A stretch of 64,000 nt of DNA from Candidatus Parcubacteria bacterium (GCA_963718875.1 OY970378.1:947691-1011690), one strand, 5' to 3'; positions 35,134 to 45,165 are shown, counted from the stretch's first letter. The notes: generated from the sequence alone by a model not told the origin. Numbers and translations: made by a program.

Positions 35134-36186
35134 CTAGGCGATAATTCCGCCGCCGACTACGCGTGTGCCATCGTAAATGACGGCTGATTGGCCCGGAGTG
35201 ATGGCGCGGTCGGTGCGATCCATATTAATATGAAATCCGTCATCGCTCTGGGTAAGTTCACAACCAATGAGCGGGGCCCGATAGCGTGTTCTAACATGAT
35301 AGCGCCCAGGATGAGGTGAGCCATTGATCCAATGTTGGTCTGTTATATCAAATTGGTTCGATAGCAAGGTTAGGTCTGATGGGTCGTCGGTAACTGTAAC
35401 GGTGTTCGCCCTCATATTTTTACGGATGACATAAAACGGTTTACCGCCCCCGACGCGTAAGCCATGGCGTTGGCCGATAGTATAAAATATGGCGCCTTCG
35501 TGGGTGCCTAGTGTTTTACCTCTTTTGTCGACAATGTCTCCGGGAAACGTACTAACGTACTGGCGCAAAAAGTCCCGTAATCCAACTTCTCCTACGAAAC
35601 AAAGACCTTGTGAATCTGGCTTGTTGGCCGTCGGCAAGCCAAACTCTTCGGCAAGTTCGCGAATCTTAGGCTTGGTATATTCCCCCACCGGCATAAGAGT
35701 TTTTTGTAATGCGCTAGCCGAAACGCGATGCAGAAAGTAGGTTTGATCTTTGGTCGTGTCGATGGCGGAATGGAGCTCGTCACCATTTAATACTTGTGCG
35801 TAGTGACCGGTGGCAATTTTGTCGGCTCCATCAGCAAAAGCCGCATCCAAAAACAGTTTAAACTTAATTTCTTGGTTACACATAATATCGGGGTTTGGTG
35901 TCCGCCCAGCTTGGTATTCAATAACCATATAATCGACAACTTTTTGCTTATACTGATCTTGAAAGTCATATGTTTTCAAGGGGATGTCTAAAACGGCTGC
36001 CACTGCTTTGGCGCTTGCAAGATCTTCTTTCCAGGGGCACTCAACACCGGCCACATCCTGGGTCCAGTTTTGCATATATACTCCAGTTACATCATAGCTC
36101 TGTTGTTGCAACAAGGCTGCCGCCACAGAGCTATCTACGCCGCCGCTTAAACCAACGAATACTTTTTTGACATCATCTTTGATCAT
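35134..36186 (-). CDS. mnmA: tRNA-specific 2-thiouridylase MnmA
   Basis: VGLSGGVDSSVAA PP-loop; 350 aa. Confidence 0.9.
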   Translation of the reverse strand: MIKDDVKKVFVGLSGGVDSSVAAALLQQQSYDVTGVYMQNWTQDVAGVECPWKEDLASAKAVAAVLDIPLKTYDFQDQYKQKVVDYMVIEYQAGRTPNPDIMCNQEIKFKLFLDAAFADGADKIATGHYAQVLNGDELHSAIDTTKDQTYFLHRVSASALQKTLMPVGEYTKPKIRELAEEFGLPTANKPDSQGLCFVGEVGLRDFLRQYVSTFPGDIVDKRGKTLGTHEGAIFYTIGQRHGLRVGGGKPFYVIRKNMRANTVTVTDDPSDLTLLSNQFDITDQHWINGSPHPGRYHVRTRYRAPLIGCELTQSDDGFHINMDRTDRAITPGQSAVIYDGTRVVGGGIIA

Positions 36187-36236
36187 TACGGAATATTACT
36201 GGGTGAGGGGTTAAATGACAAGCTATTCGTGTTTTG

Positions 36237-36345
36237 CCTGGATCCCCTATCCGGAGCGCTCCTGTCTCGCTTCCGATAGGGGATGACAAGGGGGAGGGGT
36301 TGAACCTAGCTTCCAATAAGGGGCGACAGTGGGGAAGGGTTGGCG
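36237..36345. repeat. Family-B element plus a partial second copy
   Basis: ctggatcccctatccggagcgctcctgtctcgcttccgataggggatgacaaggggg... then cttccaataaggggcgacagtggggaaggg. Confidence 0.8.
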
Positions 36346-36432
36346 CTGACTTTGAAGGAAAAATGTGCCCAGGCATAGAATTGCACACTTTGATGCAGTT
36401 CAAGATGAGACTGATGCCCGATGAATTAATCT

Positions 36433-36554
36433 GGGGCTTGCGCAATTGAATGCAGTTCGAGGAAAGCCGAGCATCGCAAATGAGGCGTACTTAGAGGTAC
36501 GACGAATGCGAAGCGCAGGCCTTGACAATGAAATGCGCCAATTGTGCAAGCCCC
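36433..36554. repeat. Family-E structured element (third copy), closed by the long-range stem ggggcttgcgcaattg / caattgtgcaagcccc
   Basis: Ordered sequence blocks shared with 18015-18198. Confidence 0.6.
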
Positions 36555-37508
36555 TTAGTCGGTGAAGTTTTGAGTGACCATAAGGCCATAAGGGCCGCCG
36601 TCAATAATACCAATACCGACTGTATTATAATTGGGTGACAAAATATTAGCTTTGTGACCTGGCGAGTTCATGAGGCCATTGTGCGCCAAATTTAGAGTGG
36701 GGGCTAAGGCCAAATTTTCACCGGCTGCTCCAAACTCAACCTTGCCGGCTTTCATGCGATCAAATGGGGTTAGACCTTCGGGAGTAATGTGTGAAAAATA
36801 TCCACGCGCAAACATATCAATGCTGTGGGACCGAGCCACTTTTTGAGCAGTTGGGTTTGCTACCAGTGCATTAAGCCCCCGGCTGGTACGCTCGCGGTTT
36901 ACCAGTACTAACATCCGTATCTCATCAACTTGGTCAACTTTGACATTGGTAGTAGTAAATCCCAACTCAACTGTTTTTTCGCTTTCAGGCTCAACAGTAA
37001 AAAAGTTGAGCGAATCGTTAATGGCGTGACCAAACTGACGATTAAAAGCTTGTTGCAGGCCGCCACTATATGATAAGAGCACGCGAGGAATAGCTGCCGA
37101 AGTAACTATTTGTTTTTGGTTAGCCGTAATAGGTAGTGCAGCAAATACTACCAATCCCAGCATGACAAAAATTACTGTCCGAAATACATTTACAGCCGCT
37201 CCGGCCGCAAGATTTAATGGCGATGTTAGTAATTGAGAAGGAAGTTTACGTAAAAAATAGTTTATGACTAGAGCGAAGGTTAGTTGGAACAGCGCTATCA
37301 CTAATAAAAAAGCAATGGCGTCGCTAAACGATGGAATGATTTTGAATTGAGTTGAAATAAGTTGCGCTAATGCCTTATGGCTTAAAGCCGCTATTATCAA
37401 TGCTACTGCTAACCCAGCCAAGTCAGTTGCTACCGTTATAAACCCCCGCTTGTAGCCCATAACCCCACCTAAGATAAGTAAGCCAATTATGATTAGGTTG
37501 ACTATCAT
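36555..37508 (-). CDS. Fusion protein: N-terminal CvpA-like membrane domain plus a C-terminal CAP/SCP (PR-1/YkwD-like) domain
   Basis: Four N-terminal TM helices; C-terminal ...FSHITPEGLTPFDRMKAGKVEFGAAGENLA...SPGHKANILSPNYNTVGIG. Confidence 0.65.
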   Translation of the reverse strand: MIVNLIIIGLLILGGVMGYKRGFITVATDLAGLAVALIIAALSHKALAQLISTQFKIIPSFSDAIAFLLVIALFQLTFALVINYFLRKLPSQLLTSPLNLAAGAAVNVFRTVIFVMLGLVVFAALPITANQKQIVTSAAIPRVLLSYSGGLQQAFNRQFGHAINDSLNFFTVEPESEKTVELGFTTTNVKVDQVDEIRMLVLVNRERTSRGLNALVANPTAQKVARSHSIDMFARGYFSHITPEGLTPFDRMKAGKVEFGAAGENLALAPTLNLAHNGLMNSPGHKANILSPNYNTVGIGIIDGGPYGLMVTQNFTD

Positions 37509-38098
37509 AATTTTTTCTCAAATAGCATGGTGTAAATAGTTTTTTGCAGCTCCGAAAACGTTAAAGACCGGCTATAATCGGTGGCCCACCAATTTGCTCT
37601 GCGCCAACTTTTATCAGTAGTTGAGTGGTTAAGAACGACGACATCGCGGTCCAGCGCTGCCCGGAAAGCCGTGCTGGCGCGTCTCTGATGGTATGGCGAT
37701 GTAACGAGTATGACCTTATGATAATGGCCCTTCTTAACTAGATTGCTCACGCCGATGGCATTTTGATCCGTATTTATGGACGTCTCATCGAGCATAATTG
37801 CACTTGCCGGAACATTATGGTCTAGGGCAATTTGGCGCATAGCGCGGGCATTAGATGGGCTGTGGGGGTCGAGAGCCGCACCGGAAAAGATGATATGAGG
37901 CGCCCAGCCATCCTGATAAAGTCTTATTGCTTCCAGAGTACGCGAATCCGTTTCTCCACCACTAATGGCAACTATGGCATCACTTTTGGACAGTGAGCTT
38001 TGCGGGGATAAAAAAAACCCCAAACCCAAAAATGCGCTTACCCCTAGAAAAAGTAGACATATAAAAATTCCCAACACGATTTTCGTAGAACGTCTCAC
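37505..38098 (-). CDS. DUF218/SanA-YdcF family protein with an N-terminal anchor
   Basis: DAIVAISGGETDSRTLEAIRLYQDGWAPHIIFSG. Confidence 0.65.
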   Translation of the reverse strand: MRRSTKIVLGIFICLLFLGVSAFLGLGFFLSPQSSLSKSDAIVAISGGETDSRTLEAIRLYQDGWAPHIIFSGAALDPHSPSNARAMRQIALDHNVPASAIMLDETSINTDQNAIGVSNLVKKGHYHKVILVTSPYHQRRASTAFRAALDRDVVVLNHSTTDKSWRRANWWATDYSRSLTFSELQKTIYTMLFEKKL

Positions 38099-38115
38099 GT
38101 AGGTATTGTAGCCAC

Positions 38116-39321
38116 TTAAGTGGTGTGTGCCAACTGCCTTAAGCGTTTGACAATATGTGGTAGAACTTTTATTAGCTGGTCGATATCAGCCTTAGCCGAG
38201 CTCAAGCCGGTGGTAAAGCGTAAGCTGGCGCTAGCTTGCGCGCGACTACAACCGATAGCTAAAAGGACATGGGATGGGTCGGTTTTGCCGGTACTACAAG
38301 CAGATCCGGTTGAAGCCAAAATACCCTCTTGGTCAAGATAGAGTACCGCAGTCTCACCATTGATACCTGGAATTGTAATATTAATGTTATTGGACAGGCG
38401 CTTGGTGGGGTGGCCGTTTAGGGTTAGGTCGGGAATAACGGTCTTGAGCCCGAGCCAAGCATAATTTTTTAGTTCTGTTAAGCGCTCAGTCTCAGATTCA
38501 CGGCGAGCTTGGGCCAGCACTATGGCCGTTGCAAAACCGATTATGCCAGCCACGTTTTCCGTACCGCTACGAAGCCCGCGTTCCTGACCTCCTCCATAAA
38601 TAATCGGTTCAAGCGGAGTTCCGGTGCGGACATAAAGACCTCCGACTTGTTTCGGGCCGTATATCTTTGATCCATTAAAAGACATGAGATCAATGCCCAG
38701 ACGGCTGACATGTAAATCAAGGGCTCCGGCTGCTTGGCAGGCGTCAGTATGGAAATACAGTGGCGTTAGGATTTTGCGTTTAAGACGATCCTGGCGTATT
38801 GCTTGAATAGACTTGGCAATATCACCAATGGGTTGGATGGTGCCGATCTCGTTGTTGGCGTACATTACGCTCACAAGAATAGTGTGGTCATCAATTGCCC
38901 GCTCGACCACTTTGACATCCACTAAACCATCTGGATTAACAGGAATCACGCTCGTTTCATGGCCTTCACGTTTTAGTACAGGTAGGCAGGCTAAGACTGA
39001 ATCATGCTCTATGGCTGTAGTTACAAATTTATATGGTACTATGGAGCGGCTTAATGAACGTATGACACCAAGAATAGCTAAATTAACGCTTTCCGTCCCT
39101 CCGGCGGTAAAAATAACTTCGGTTTTTTTGGCGCCCAAGGTTTGAGCTACTTGCCATCGGGCATCTTCAACGGCGCCTTTAACAAGACGAGAGACCCGAT
39201 AAAGACTAGAGGGGTTATAAAAGTCTTGTTTTAGATACGGCTGCATGACTGCTAGAACCTGAGGATCAAGTGGAGTAGCTGCGGCGTGGTCAAGATATAT
39301 TGATTGCTTGTGTTTTGACAT
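38116..39321 (-). CDS. Cysteine desulfurase (class-V aminotransferase, IscS/NifS family)
   Basis: 401 aa; PLP-dependent fold with the conserved SGSACS-type region (LASTGSACSTGK). Confidence 0.85.
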   Translation of the reverse strand: MSKHKQSIYLDHAAATPLDPQVLAVMQPYLKQDFYNPSSLYRVSRLVKGAVEDARWQVAQTLGAKKTEVIFTAGGTESVNLAILGVIRSLSRSIVPYKFVTTAIEHDSVLACLPVLKREGHETSVIPVNPDGLVDVKVVERAIDDHTILVSVMYANNEIGTIQPIGDIAKSIQAIRQDRLKRKILTPLYFHTDACQAAGALDLHVSRLGIDLMSFNGSKIYGPKQVGGLYVRTGTPLEPIIYGGGQERGLRSGTENVAGIIGFATAIVLAQARRESETERLTELKNYAWLGLKTVIPDLTLNGHPTKRLSNNINITIPGINGETAVLYLDQEGILASTGSACSTGKTDPSHVLLAIGCSRAQASASLRFTTGLSSAKADIDQLIKVLPHIVKRLRQLAHTT

Positions 39322-39393
39322 GTTAGTGTAATATGCTTTAAGTTCTGTAATGAGTCAAGGACGTACTCGAGACTTGGGGCTAGGAGGTCCTTT

Positions 39394-39696
39394 ATGGGTA
39401 AGGTGCGTATGCTCGCAATTGTCGGGGGTGCGGCAGTAGTTGCCGGAGTTGTGAACCACGAGCTTGGTGACCCGCGTCCACGGCAAAAGGCACACCAGTG
39501 TCTTAGTAAGGCCGATGAGGCGCTTCGGAACGGAAACTCTGATGCAGCCAGGGGAATTGCTGCTGAGCTGAGAGAGTACGTTCGAAGGGTGCAGGGACCA
39601 GACAAGGTCGTTCCCTTCCTTGTCTGGTTGGACATTCGAGCACTGATCATCATCCACCCAGACCGTAACCGACACCGCCGCTGGCTCATACGCTGA
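39394..39696 (+). CDS. Hypothetical small protein, GC about 57%
   Basis: Strong RBS ggggctaggaggtcctttATG; followed by caccaagt...acttggtg plus gtgtttgtgtttttttac (terminator 39728-39770). Confidence 0.45.
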   Translation: MGKVRMLAIVGGAAVVAGVVNHELGDPRPRQKAHQCLSKADEALRNGNSDAARGIAAELREYVRRVQGPDKVVPFLVWLDIRALIIIHPDRNRHRRWLIR

Positions 39697-39869
39697 CCAA
39701 GCCGTGTTTTATCTACATCACCAAGTGCGGCTATTGTGCTGTACTTGGTGGTGTTTGTGTTTTTTTACAAACTTACCTGTTTACCAGCAAGCTTTTTCGA
39801 AATCTTTTAATAAAAATGTGTCGATCTAAGTCTTCTCTGCATCCAAATCCCATCTGTCCCAGGTGCTCT

Positions 39870-39924
39870 TATATCTTTTTGCAATATTGAAATTTGTAAT
39901 ACAATCCATTACAATACATTACAA
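39870..39924 (+). promoter_or_regulatory. AT-rich direct repeats (attacaat / attacaaa x3) immediately upstream of the RHH-Nudix gene; candidate operator for its RHH domain
   Basis: ttgaaatttgtaatacaatccattacaatacattacaaatgacaag. Confidence 0.3.
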
Positions 39925-40596
39925 ATGACAAGACATTCAAAAATTATAAACTTCTCCTTATCGCCCCAACAATATGACGAATTGGATAGCTTAGCCGTTG
40001 CTAGCGGACGTAATCGTAGCGAACTGATGCGGAGTATTATTAGTGCTTCGCTGCAAGGTATGAAACAAAGGGATGTGGGATCGAATACAATTTTTAGAGA
40101 AAATAATGCGGACATAGCTAGTATGTTAAAAGATTTTTGGCTAGCCCGTACTAGCTCGCCTTTAGAAATAAAGGTAGCGGGTTTAATTATTGCCGTTAAC
40201 GATGAGGGTCGGGTTTTAATTGGCAAGCGCCATCAGACCGATCCTAACGTGCCAAACCTGACCTGGTCTTTTCCTGGAAGTCGCTTACAAACTTTGGACT
40301 TTCAGAAAGAGTTAACCAAGAGCTTCCATGAACGCACCGGTTTACATGTAAACATTAATAAAGTAGTAGCTGCTCGTGTAATTCCCGAAAGCGGCCAAAA
40401 CGGCGCACAAGTTGTTGCCTTGTATGCACATGGTCCCGTCCAAGGGAACCAGCACTTTACCGCTCAAGCCCCTTATTCGGAACTCAAGTGGGTCAAGCCT
40501 TTGGATGTATTCAAGTATTTTACAAGCTCAACTACCGACGAAGTCACCGCTTTTTTAAATAGTTTGGACAGCGCTTCAGACTTTGATCCCAAATAA
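39925..40596 (+). CDS. Fusion of a ribbon-helix-helix (CopG/Arc-like) DNA-binding domain with a degenerate Nudix-fold domain
   Basis: N-terminal INFSLSPQQYDELDSLAVASGRNRSELMRSII; the C-terminal Nudix-like fold (GSRLQTLDFQKELTKSFHERTGL) lacks the catalytic REx2EE. Confidence 0.55.
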   Translation: MTRHSKIINFSLSPQQYDELDSLAVASGRNRSELMRSIISASLQGMKQRDVGSNTIFRENNADIASMLKDFWLARTSSPLEIKVAGLIIAVNDEGRVLIGKRHQTDPNVPNLTWSFPGSRLQTLDFQKELTKSFHERTGLHVNINKVVAARVIPESGQNGAQVVALYAHGPVQGNQHFTAQAPYSELKWVKPLDVFKYFTSSTTDEVTAFLNSLDSASDFDPK

Positions 40597-41451
40597 CTCT
40601 GCCGCATTGCGGCTCGTGGCATTCCCGAGAGTATTGAATGATTCCCCTCTTAACTGTGCTAAAAACTCGGCAGTAAATTTAGCATTTGCCGGTTCATTCA
40701 CTTTTCCTCGTCTTGGCACTGGGGTTAAAAACGGGCAGTCTGTTTCTAGTACTAGGTTCTGTAACGGAACAGCTTTTGCAGCTGCCAGCTGTACCTCGTC
40801 CTTGGTAAAAGTCATGATGCCATTAAGCGCTATGAGGAAACCCCGCTCAACAGCTTTTTTCATATTAGCCGTTGTGCTGCTAAAACAGTGTACTATGCCA
40901 CGCAGTCCTGGATACTCGTCCACAATTCTAAAAAAATCATCAAAAGCATCGTCGCCTGTGCCTGCGGCTATCGATGGAGCTGAGGGTCGTACATGCCACA
41001 CCATCGGTTTATTGTACTCCAGGGCAAGTTCAATTTGAATTCGAAAAGCCTGCTCCTGCCATTGGCGGGTGGCAGAAGTCAAACTTTTGATCTTAGTCTG
41101 TGGGTAATCTGGATTTGAAGTCTGACTTTGATCTGGTCGGCCCTTCTCTAGTCGATAATAGTCTAAACCGCACTCACCAATTGCAACCACCTTAGGATAT
41201 GATAATAGCCTCCTAAAGGTTACTGGCCAGGTAGCATTATTTGCAATGCTTGCGTCTTCGGGGTGTAAGCCTACTGTGGCATAAACTTCTTGGTATTTGT
41301 TGGTTACCTCCACAGCTTCAACACTATCAGCCTCGTTCGTGCCCACGTTCACGATTACATTAATGCCAGCAACATGAGCATTCTCTACTACTTCATCAAT
41401 CCGGTTTTTAAGCCCTTCATGGTGCAGATGGGCGTGAGTGTCGATCAACAA
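40576..41451 (-). CDS. tatD: TatD-family metal-dependent DNase, with an in-frame family-A insertion
   Basis: MLIDTHAHL, IGECGLDYY and hydrolase motifs; extra segment KGRPDQSQTSNPDYPQTKIKSLTSA. Confidence 0.85.
   Translation of the reverse strand: MLIDTHAHLHHEGLKNRIDEVVENAHVAGINVIVNVGTNEADSVEAVEVTNKYQEVYATVGLHPEDASIANNATWPVTFRRLLSYPKVVAIGECGLDYYRLEKGRPDQSQTSNPDYPQTKIKSLTSATRQWQEQAFRIQIELALEYNKPMVWHVRPSAPSIAAGTGDDAFDDFFRIVDEYPGLRGIVHCFSSTTANMKKAVERGFLIALNGIMTFTKDEVQLAAAKAVPLQNLVLETDCPFLTPVPRRGKVNEPANAKFTAEFLAQLRGESFNTLGNATSRNAAELFGIKV
41073..41137. repeat. Family-A element inside tatD
   Basis: gaagtcaaacttttgatcttagtctgtgggtaatctggatttgaagtctgactttgatctgg. Confidence 0.8.
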
Positions 41452-41540
41452 TTTTTATTTCTCCAATTTTTATTTTTCATTTATGCCCTTTGCCGTCCCG
41501 GACCGTCAGCAGACGGTTGAGCCGGGTTCCACCAACAGCC

Positions 41541-42989
41541 TTATTCGACACTCGTAACTTCAACATGCTCGAGCCGGGGAAAAAGAATGCCCACATCCAT
41601 ATTTACTTTGCCGTTTTGGAAGGTTTGACTAATTTTGGCGCTAGTCTCCGGTAGAAACGGTAGTAGCAAATCAGCCACTTGAAGTAAGTCAGCGACTAAA
41701 TGTAGCAAAACTTCTTTTAGGTGACCATCATTGGTTTTGGCCAATACCCAAGGCTTTTCTTCTTCGATCAACTGATTTAAGCCGCGGATGGTTTGCCATA
41801 TTTCGCCCAACGCTCGGTCAAGCTGAAATTGGCCGACAGCTTCGTACACAGGCGAAGCATCGTGCGAATGAGCCTCAACTGGACCAGTAACGCCATCTAG
41901 ATATTTAACAATCATGCTGGCTGTGCGCTGCACAAGATTGCCAAGGTCGTTGGCGAGCTCTGTAGTGTAGAGCGTTTCAAACCGTGAGTAACTAAAATCC
42001 CCATCCGAGCCAAGGGGAATTTCTCGGAGCAAATAGTAGCGTAAGGGATCGATGCCATATTTGGCCGTAAGCTCAAGAGGGTCAATGGCGTTACCCAATG
42101 ACTTGGAAATTTTGGTTCCTTCAATGGTGAAAAATCCATGAGCGACAACTTTTTCAGGTAAATCTAATTTTGCGCTCATAAGCATGGCCGGCCACATAGT
42201 ACAGTGAAACCGAATAATATCCTTACCAACAACATGCACATTGGGTGGCCACCATTGCTTATACTTGTCGCCCGGGAAGCCGGCGGCAGTCAAATAATAT
42301 GTAAGCGCATCAAACCAAACATATACTACTTGGTCTTTATCGTTAGGGAAAGGGATTCCCCAGTCTTTAAGTTTGCGTGAAATACTAATATCTTTAAGCC
42401 CGCTCTCTAGAAAAGACACGACCTCGTTGCGGCGTGTTTCTGGAGCTATAAACCCAGGGTTGGACTTAATGTGGTCAAGTAATGGTTGCTGGTATTTACT
42501 GAGCTTAAAAAAGTAGTTTTCCTCTTTGAGCCACTCAGCTTTTTTGTTGTGGTCGGGACATACCCCTTTTACCAATTCATCTTCGGTCTTAAAAGATTCA
42601 CAGCCCACGCAATACCAGCCTTCATACTCACCCTTGTAAATATCATCAGCCGCTTCCACGCGTTTGATAAACTCATAAACGGTTTTTTGGTGATCAGAGC
42701 TGGTGGTTCGAGTAAACTTATCGTGGCTTATACCCAGTTCCTTCCAAGTTGTTTCCCAAACTTCAGCCATTCCGTCGGCATAGACTTTGACATCTTTGAC
42801 TTCGGCTTTCTCGGCCGCCTGAGTGGTTTTTTGGCTGTTTTCGTCCGTTCCGATTGAAAATAACACTTCATCATTGTGTTGACGATGAAAACGCGCCAAT
42901 ACGTCTGCCACGATGGTGGAATAGGTGTGGCCGATGTGCGGCTTATCATTAATGTAGTAGATGGGAGTTGTAACGTAAAATTTGCTCAT
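41541..42989 (-). CDS. metG: Methionyl-tRNA synthetase, short form (482 aa, no C-terminal tRNA-binding extension)
   Basis: HIGHTYSTIVADV and KISKSLGN motifs. Confidence 0.9.
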   Translation of the reverse strand: MSKFYVTTPIYYINDKPHIGHTYSTIVADVLARFHRQHNDEVLFSIGTDENSQKTTQAAEKAEVKDVKVYADGMAEVWETTWKELGISHDKFTRTTSSDHQKTVYEFIKRVEAADDIYKGEYEGWYCVGCESFKTEDELVKGVCPDHNKKAEWLKEENYFFKLSKYQQPLLDHIKSNPGFIAPETRRNEVVSFLESGLKDISISRKLKDWGIPFPNDKDQVVYVWFDALTYYLTAAGFPGDKYKQWWPPNVHVVGKDIIRFHCTMWPAMLMSAKLDLPEKVVAHGFFTIEGTKISKSLGNAIDPLELTAKYGIDPLRYYLLREIPLGSDGDFSYSRFETLYTTELANDLGNLVQRTASMIVKYLDGVTGPVEAHSHDASPVYEAVGQFQLDRALGEIWQTIRGLNQLIEEEKPWVLAKTNDGHLKEVLLHLVADLLQVADLLLPFLPETSAKISQTFQNGKVNMDVGILFPRLEHVEVTSVE

Positions 42990-43126
42990 TTTTTGACTCT
43001 CTCGCGAATAAACAATTAGGTATTATGAATTAAGGGTTAGGGCTTTAATGTTGCAGCTTGGGTCCTTCTAAAAATAAGACGAAAAGACGGATGAGTGACG
43101 CGCAATCATTATTCTTTATTCATAAT

Positions 43127-44995
43127 TCATTCTTCGCGTTTCTGCTGGCGTGAGCGTAATTTTACCATGACCAAAGGCAAGCCGGCAATCAAGAGCAGGG
43201 CCGGAACGGCTATCACTGTTATATATGACGACTCCACGCGAGACGTAGCAAGCACCAGTGTTTGGCCATTGGCAGAACGGGATAATTTAACCTCAGGCGC
43301 ATTATTCCATCCTCCCCCCACTATTAGGCGATTGATTGTGCTGCGCTGGGAGGGGGCGAGCGAGCCTAGTTGGAGCTTTTCATTGCCAATAGACAAGGTG
43401 TTGTTATCACTAGCAATCCCAGGTTGGGAGGTATAACTGACGTGATCGATAGAGATGAACGGCAAAATTGCATAACGATGCACGCTGACTTTGCCGGTGT
43501 TTGGTACTGGAGTGACTTTGCTTTGGTAACTCAAAGTGGCTTTTTCATACTGATAATTTAGGTCTGCCCCGCCAGACATAACGGCTCCAGGCAGTCCATC
43601 TTGCTCCCCCCAGACTGCAAACGCAAAGTGGTCGAGGTCGCTTTTACCAAAGTCATTAAATTTTTCACCCCAAGTTGGGTCAAATGTCATCCAACCAATG
43701 CCGGGCACATATGCCTCCACCCAAGCATGAAGTGAGTCGTCAACTGCGGATGAGGTTTTAAGGTTGCCACTGTAAGCATACCCAATAGGCATGCGCGCAG
43801 GAATGCCTTGGCTGCGCAACATCCCGATCATAAGGTCTGCATACTCCAAACAAACAACGTTGGTGGGATTGGCTAGCGCTTTGGCAGCGCCTTGGCGAAT
43901 ATTGAATTTAATCTTGTCGTCGTTGTAGCTTAATTTATCAATAACGGCTTTATAGATAGCTTGGACGTTGTTGATAACTGGGGCATTAGGATCGGTTACT
44001 CTCCGAGCTTCGGCAGCCACGGCCCCTGTGGTTTGCCAATACTGGGAACTGCGGGTGTATTTTGATACAAGACTGGCTGGAATTGCCGATTTCTTACCGG
44101 AAGCACCCAAATCATACTCCAGATAGTTGACGGTGCCAGATACTTTAGTTTTAACTACAATGCTCTGATGCGGCTTTAAGCGGTAATCGGCTAAAACATT
44201 TCCGTCGGCGTCCAAACGGGTGCCACTGGGCTGGGGGTCAAGCGAGTTTATGATTGACTTCTGGTTGTTGAGGTCAGGAGGCAAGGTAATGGTGAGTCGA
44301 TGGGGCAAGGGGCTGTCGTTATTTAAGGGGAAGTTAAAATTGAGATTATAAATTGTGCTATCGCCAAAGGCTAGAGCCAGAGAATGCGCCACTAGGTCGG
44401 CTTTGGCAAAAGTATAATATTGGCGCCCTTCCGTAACGCCTCCTGAAGCCGCTTGGGCCCCAGCAAAGTGGGGATTTCCGAATTCAGCCGGCACGTCCAC
44501 AGTGGCCGTATAGGTATCACTGGGATCGCCTTCTTCGATAGATGGTACGTAGATGGTATGGGAGCTACCCTTGGTATCCACCAAACCTGTAGCTGTATAC
44601 GAAACATTAAATGCCCAGGTTTTGTTTTGGCCGTAGGTCTGGCGAGGAAAGTTGATATTTATTTCTTGGTAATTGTAACTTATCCCTCCCGACGTTCGTG
44701 TGTGTTTAGAGGTTGTAGCCGGGATGGCTGCACCATCGGCGTATTTAACGGTTACGCCAGAAATGCTATCGGTGGGGGTCAATAATTTTATGCCAGTCAA
44801 ATATTGACGGGCGGTATTATTTGTAACAGTGTAAACTTCGCTAACACTAGTCGTATCGTTAGTGTTAACGCGATAGGTTACGTTGGTGTCGTAGGTAAAA
44901 TTGACAGCCGCGGCAGTAGCTTGGGGTAATAAAATTGACGCAAAACTGGCAAACCAGATGACAAGAGTAAGCCAAATTTTTTTCCTGGGCGTCAT
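43127..44995 (-). CDS. Large surface protein with a transglutaminase-like catalytic core and a C-terminal TM anchor
   Basis: N-terminal signal; CLEYADLMIGMLRSQGIPAR...HAWVEAYVPGIGWMTFDPTWG (Cys-His-Asp core); C-terminal VIAVPALLLIAGLPLVMVKLRSRQQK. Confidence 0.7.
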   Translation of the reverse strand: MTPRKKIWLTLVIWFASFASILLPQATAAAVNFTYDTNVTYRVNTNDTTSVSEVYTVTNNTARQYLTGIKLLTPTDSISGVTVKYADGAAIPATTSKHTRTSGGISYNYQEININFPRQTYGQNKTWAFNVSYTATGLVDTKGSSHTIYVPSIEEGDPSDTYTATVDVPAEFGNPHFAGAQAASGGVTEGRQYYTFAKADLVAHSLALAFGDSTIYNLNFNFPLNNDSPLPHRLTITLPPDLNNQKSIINSLDPQPSGTRLDADGNVLADYRLKPHQSIVVKTKVSGTVNYLEYDLGASGKKSAIPASLVSKYTRSSQYWQTTGAVAAEARRVTDPNAPVINNVQAIYKAVIDKLSYNDDKIKFNIRQGAAKALANPTNVVCLEYADLMIGMLRSQGIPARMPIGYAYSGNLKTSSAVDDSLHAWVEAYVPGIGWMTFDPTWGEKFNDFGKSDLDHFAFAVWGEQDGLPGAVMSGGADLNYQYEKATLSYQSKVTPVPNTGKVSVHRYAILPFISIDHVSYTSQPGIASDNNTLSIGNEKLQLGSLAPSQRSTINRLIVGGGWNNAPEVKLSRSANGQTLVLATSRVESSYITVIAVPALLLIAGLPLVMVKLRSRQQKREE

Positions 44996-45008
44996 CCCAG
45001 CCCAACCA

Positions 45009-45066
45009 TGTCATTCCCTATAGGAAGTGCCGCTACTGCGAAACGCTCCTGATAGGGAATCCAGGG
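45009..45066. repeat. Family-B element in inverted orientation
   Basis: tgtcattccctataggaagtgccgctactgcgaaacgctcctgatagggaatccagg. Confidence 0.75.
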
Positions 45067-45165
45067 TAGGTGGTGGTGGTGGTATTTCAGTTCCTGAATC
45101 ATTCTTTAATAATAGCCGTTGTGCTTAAGCGAGGCAAACGAGGATTTGGACGAAATTTATTAAAA

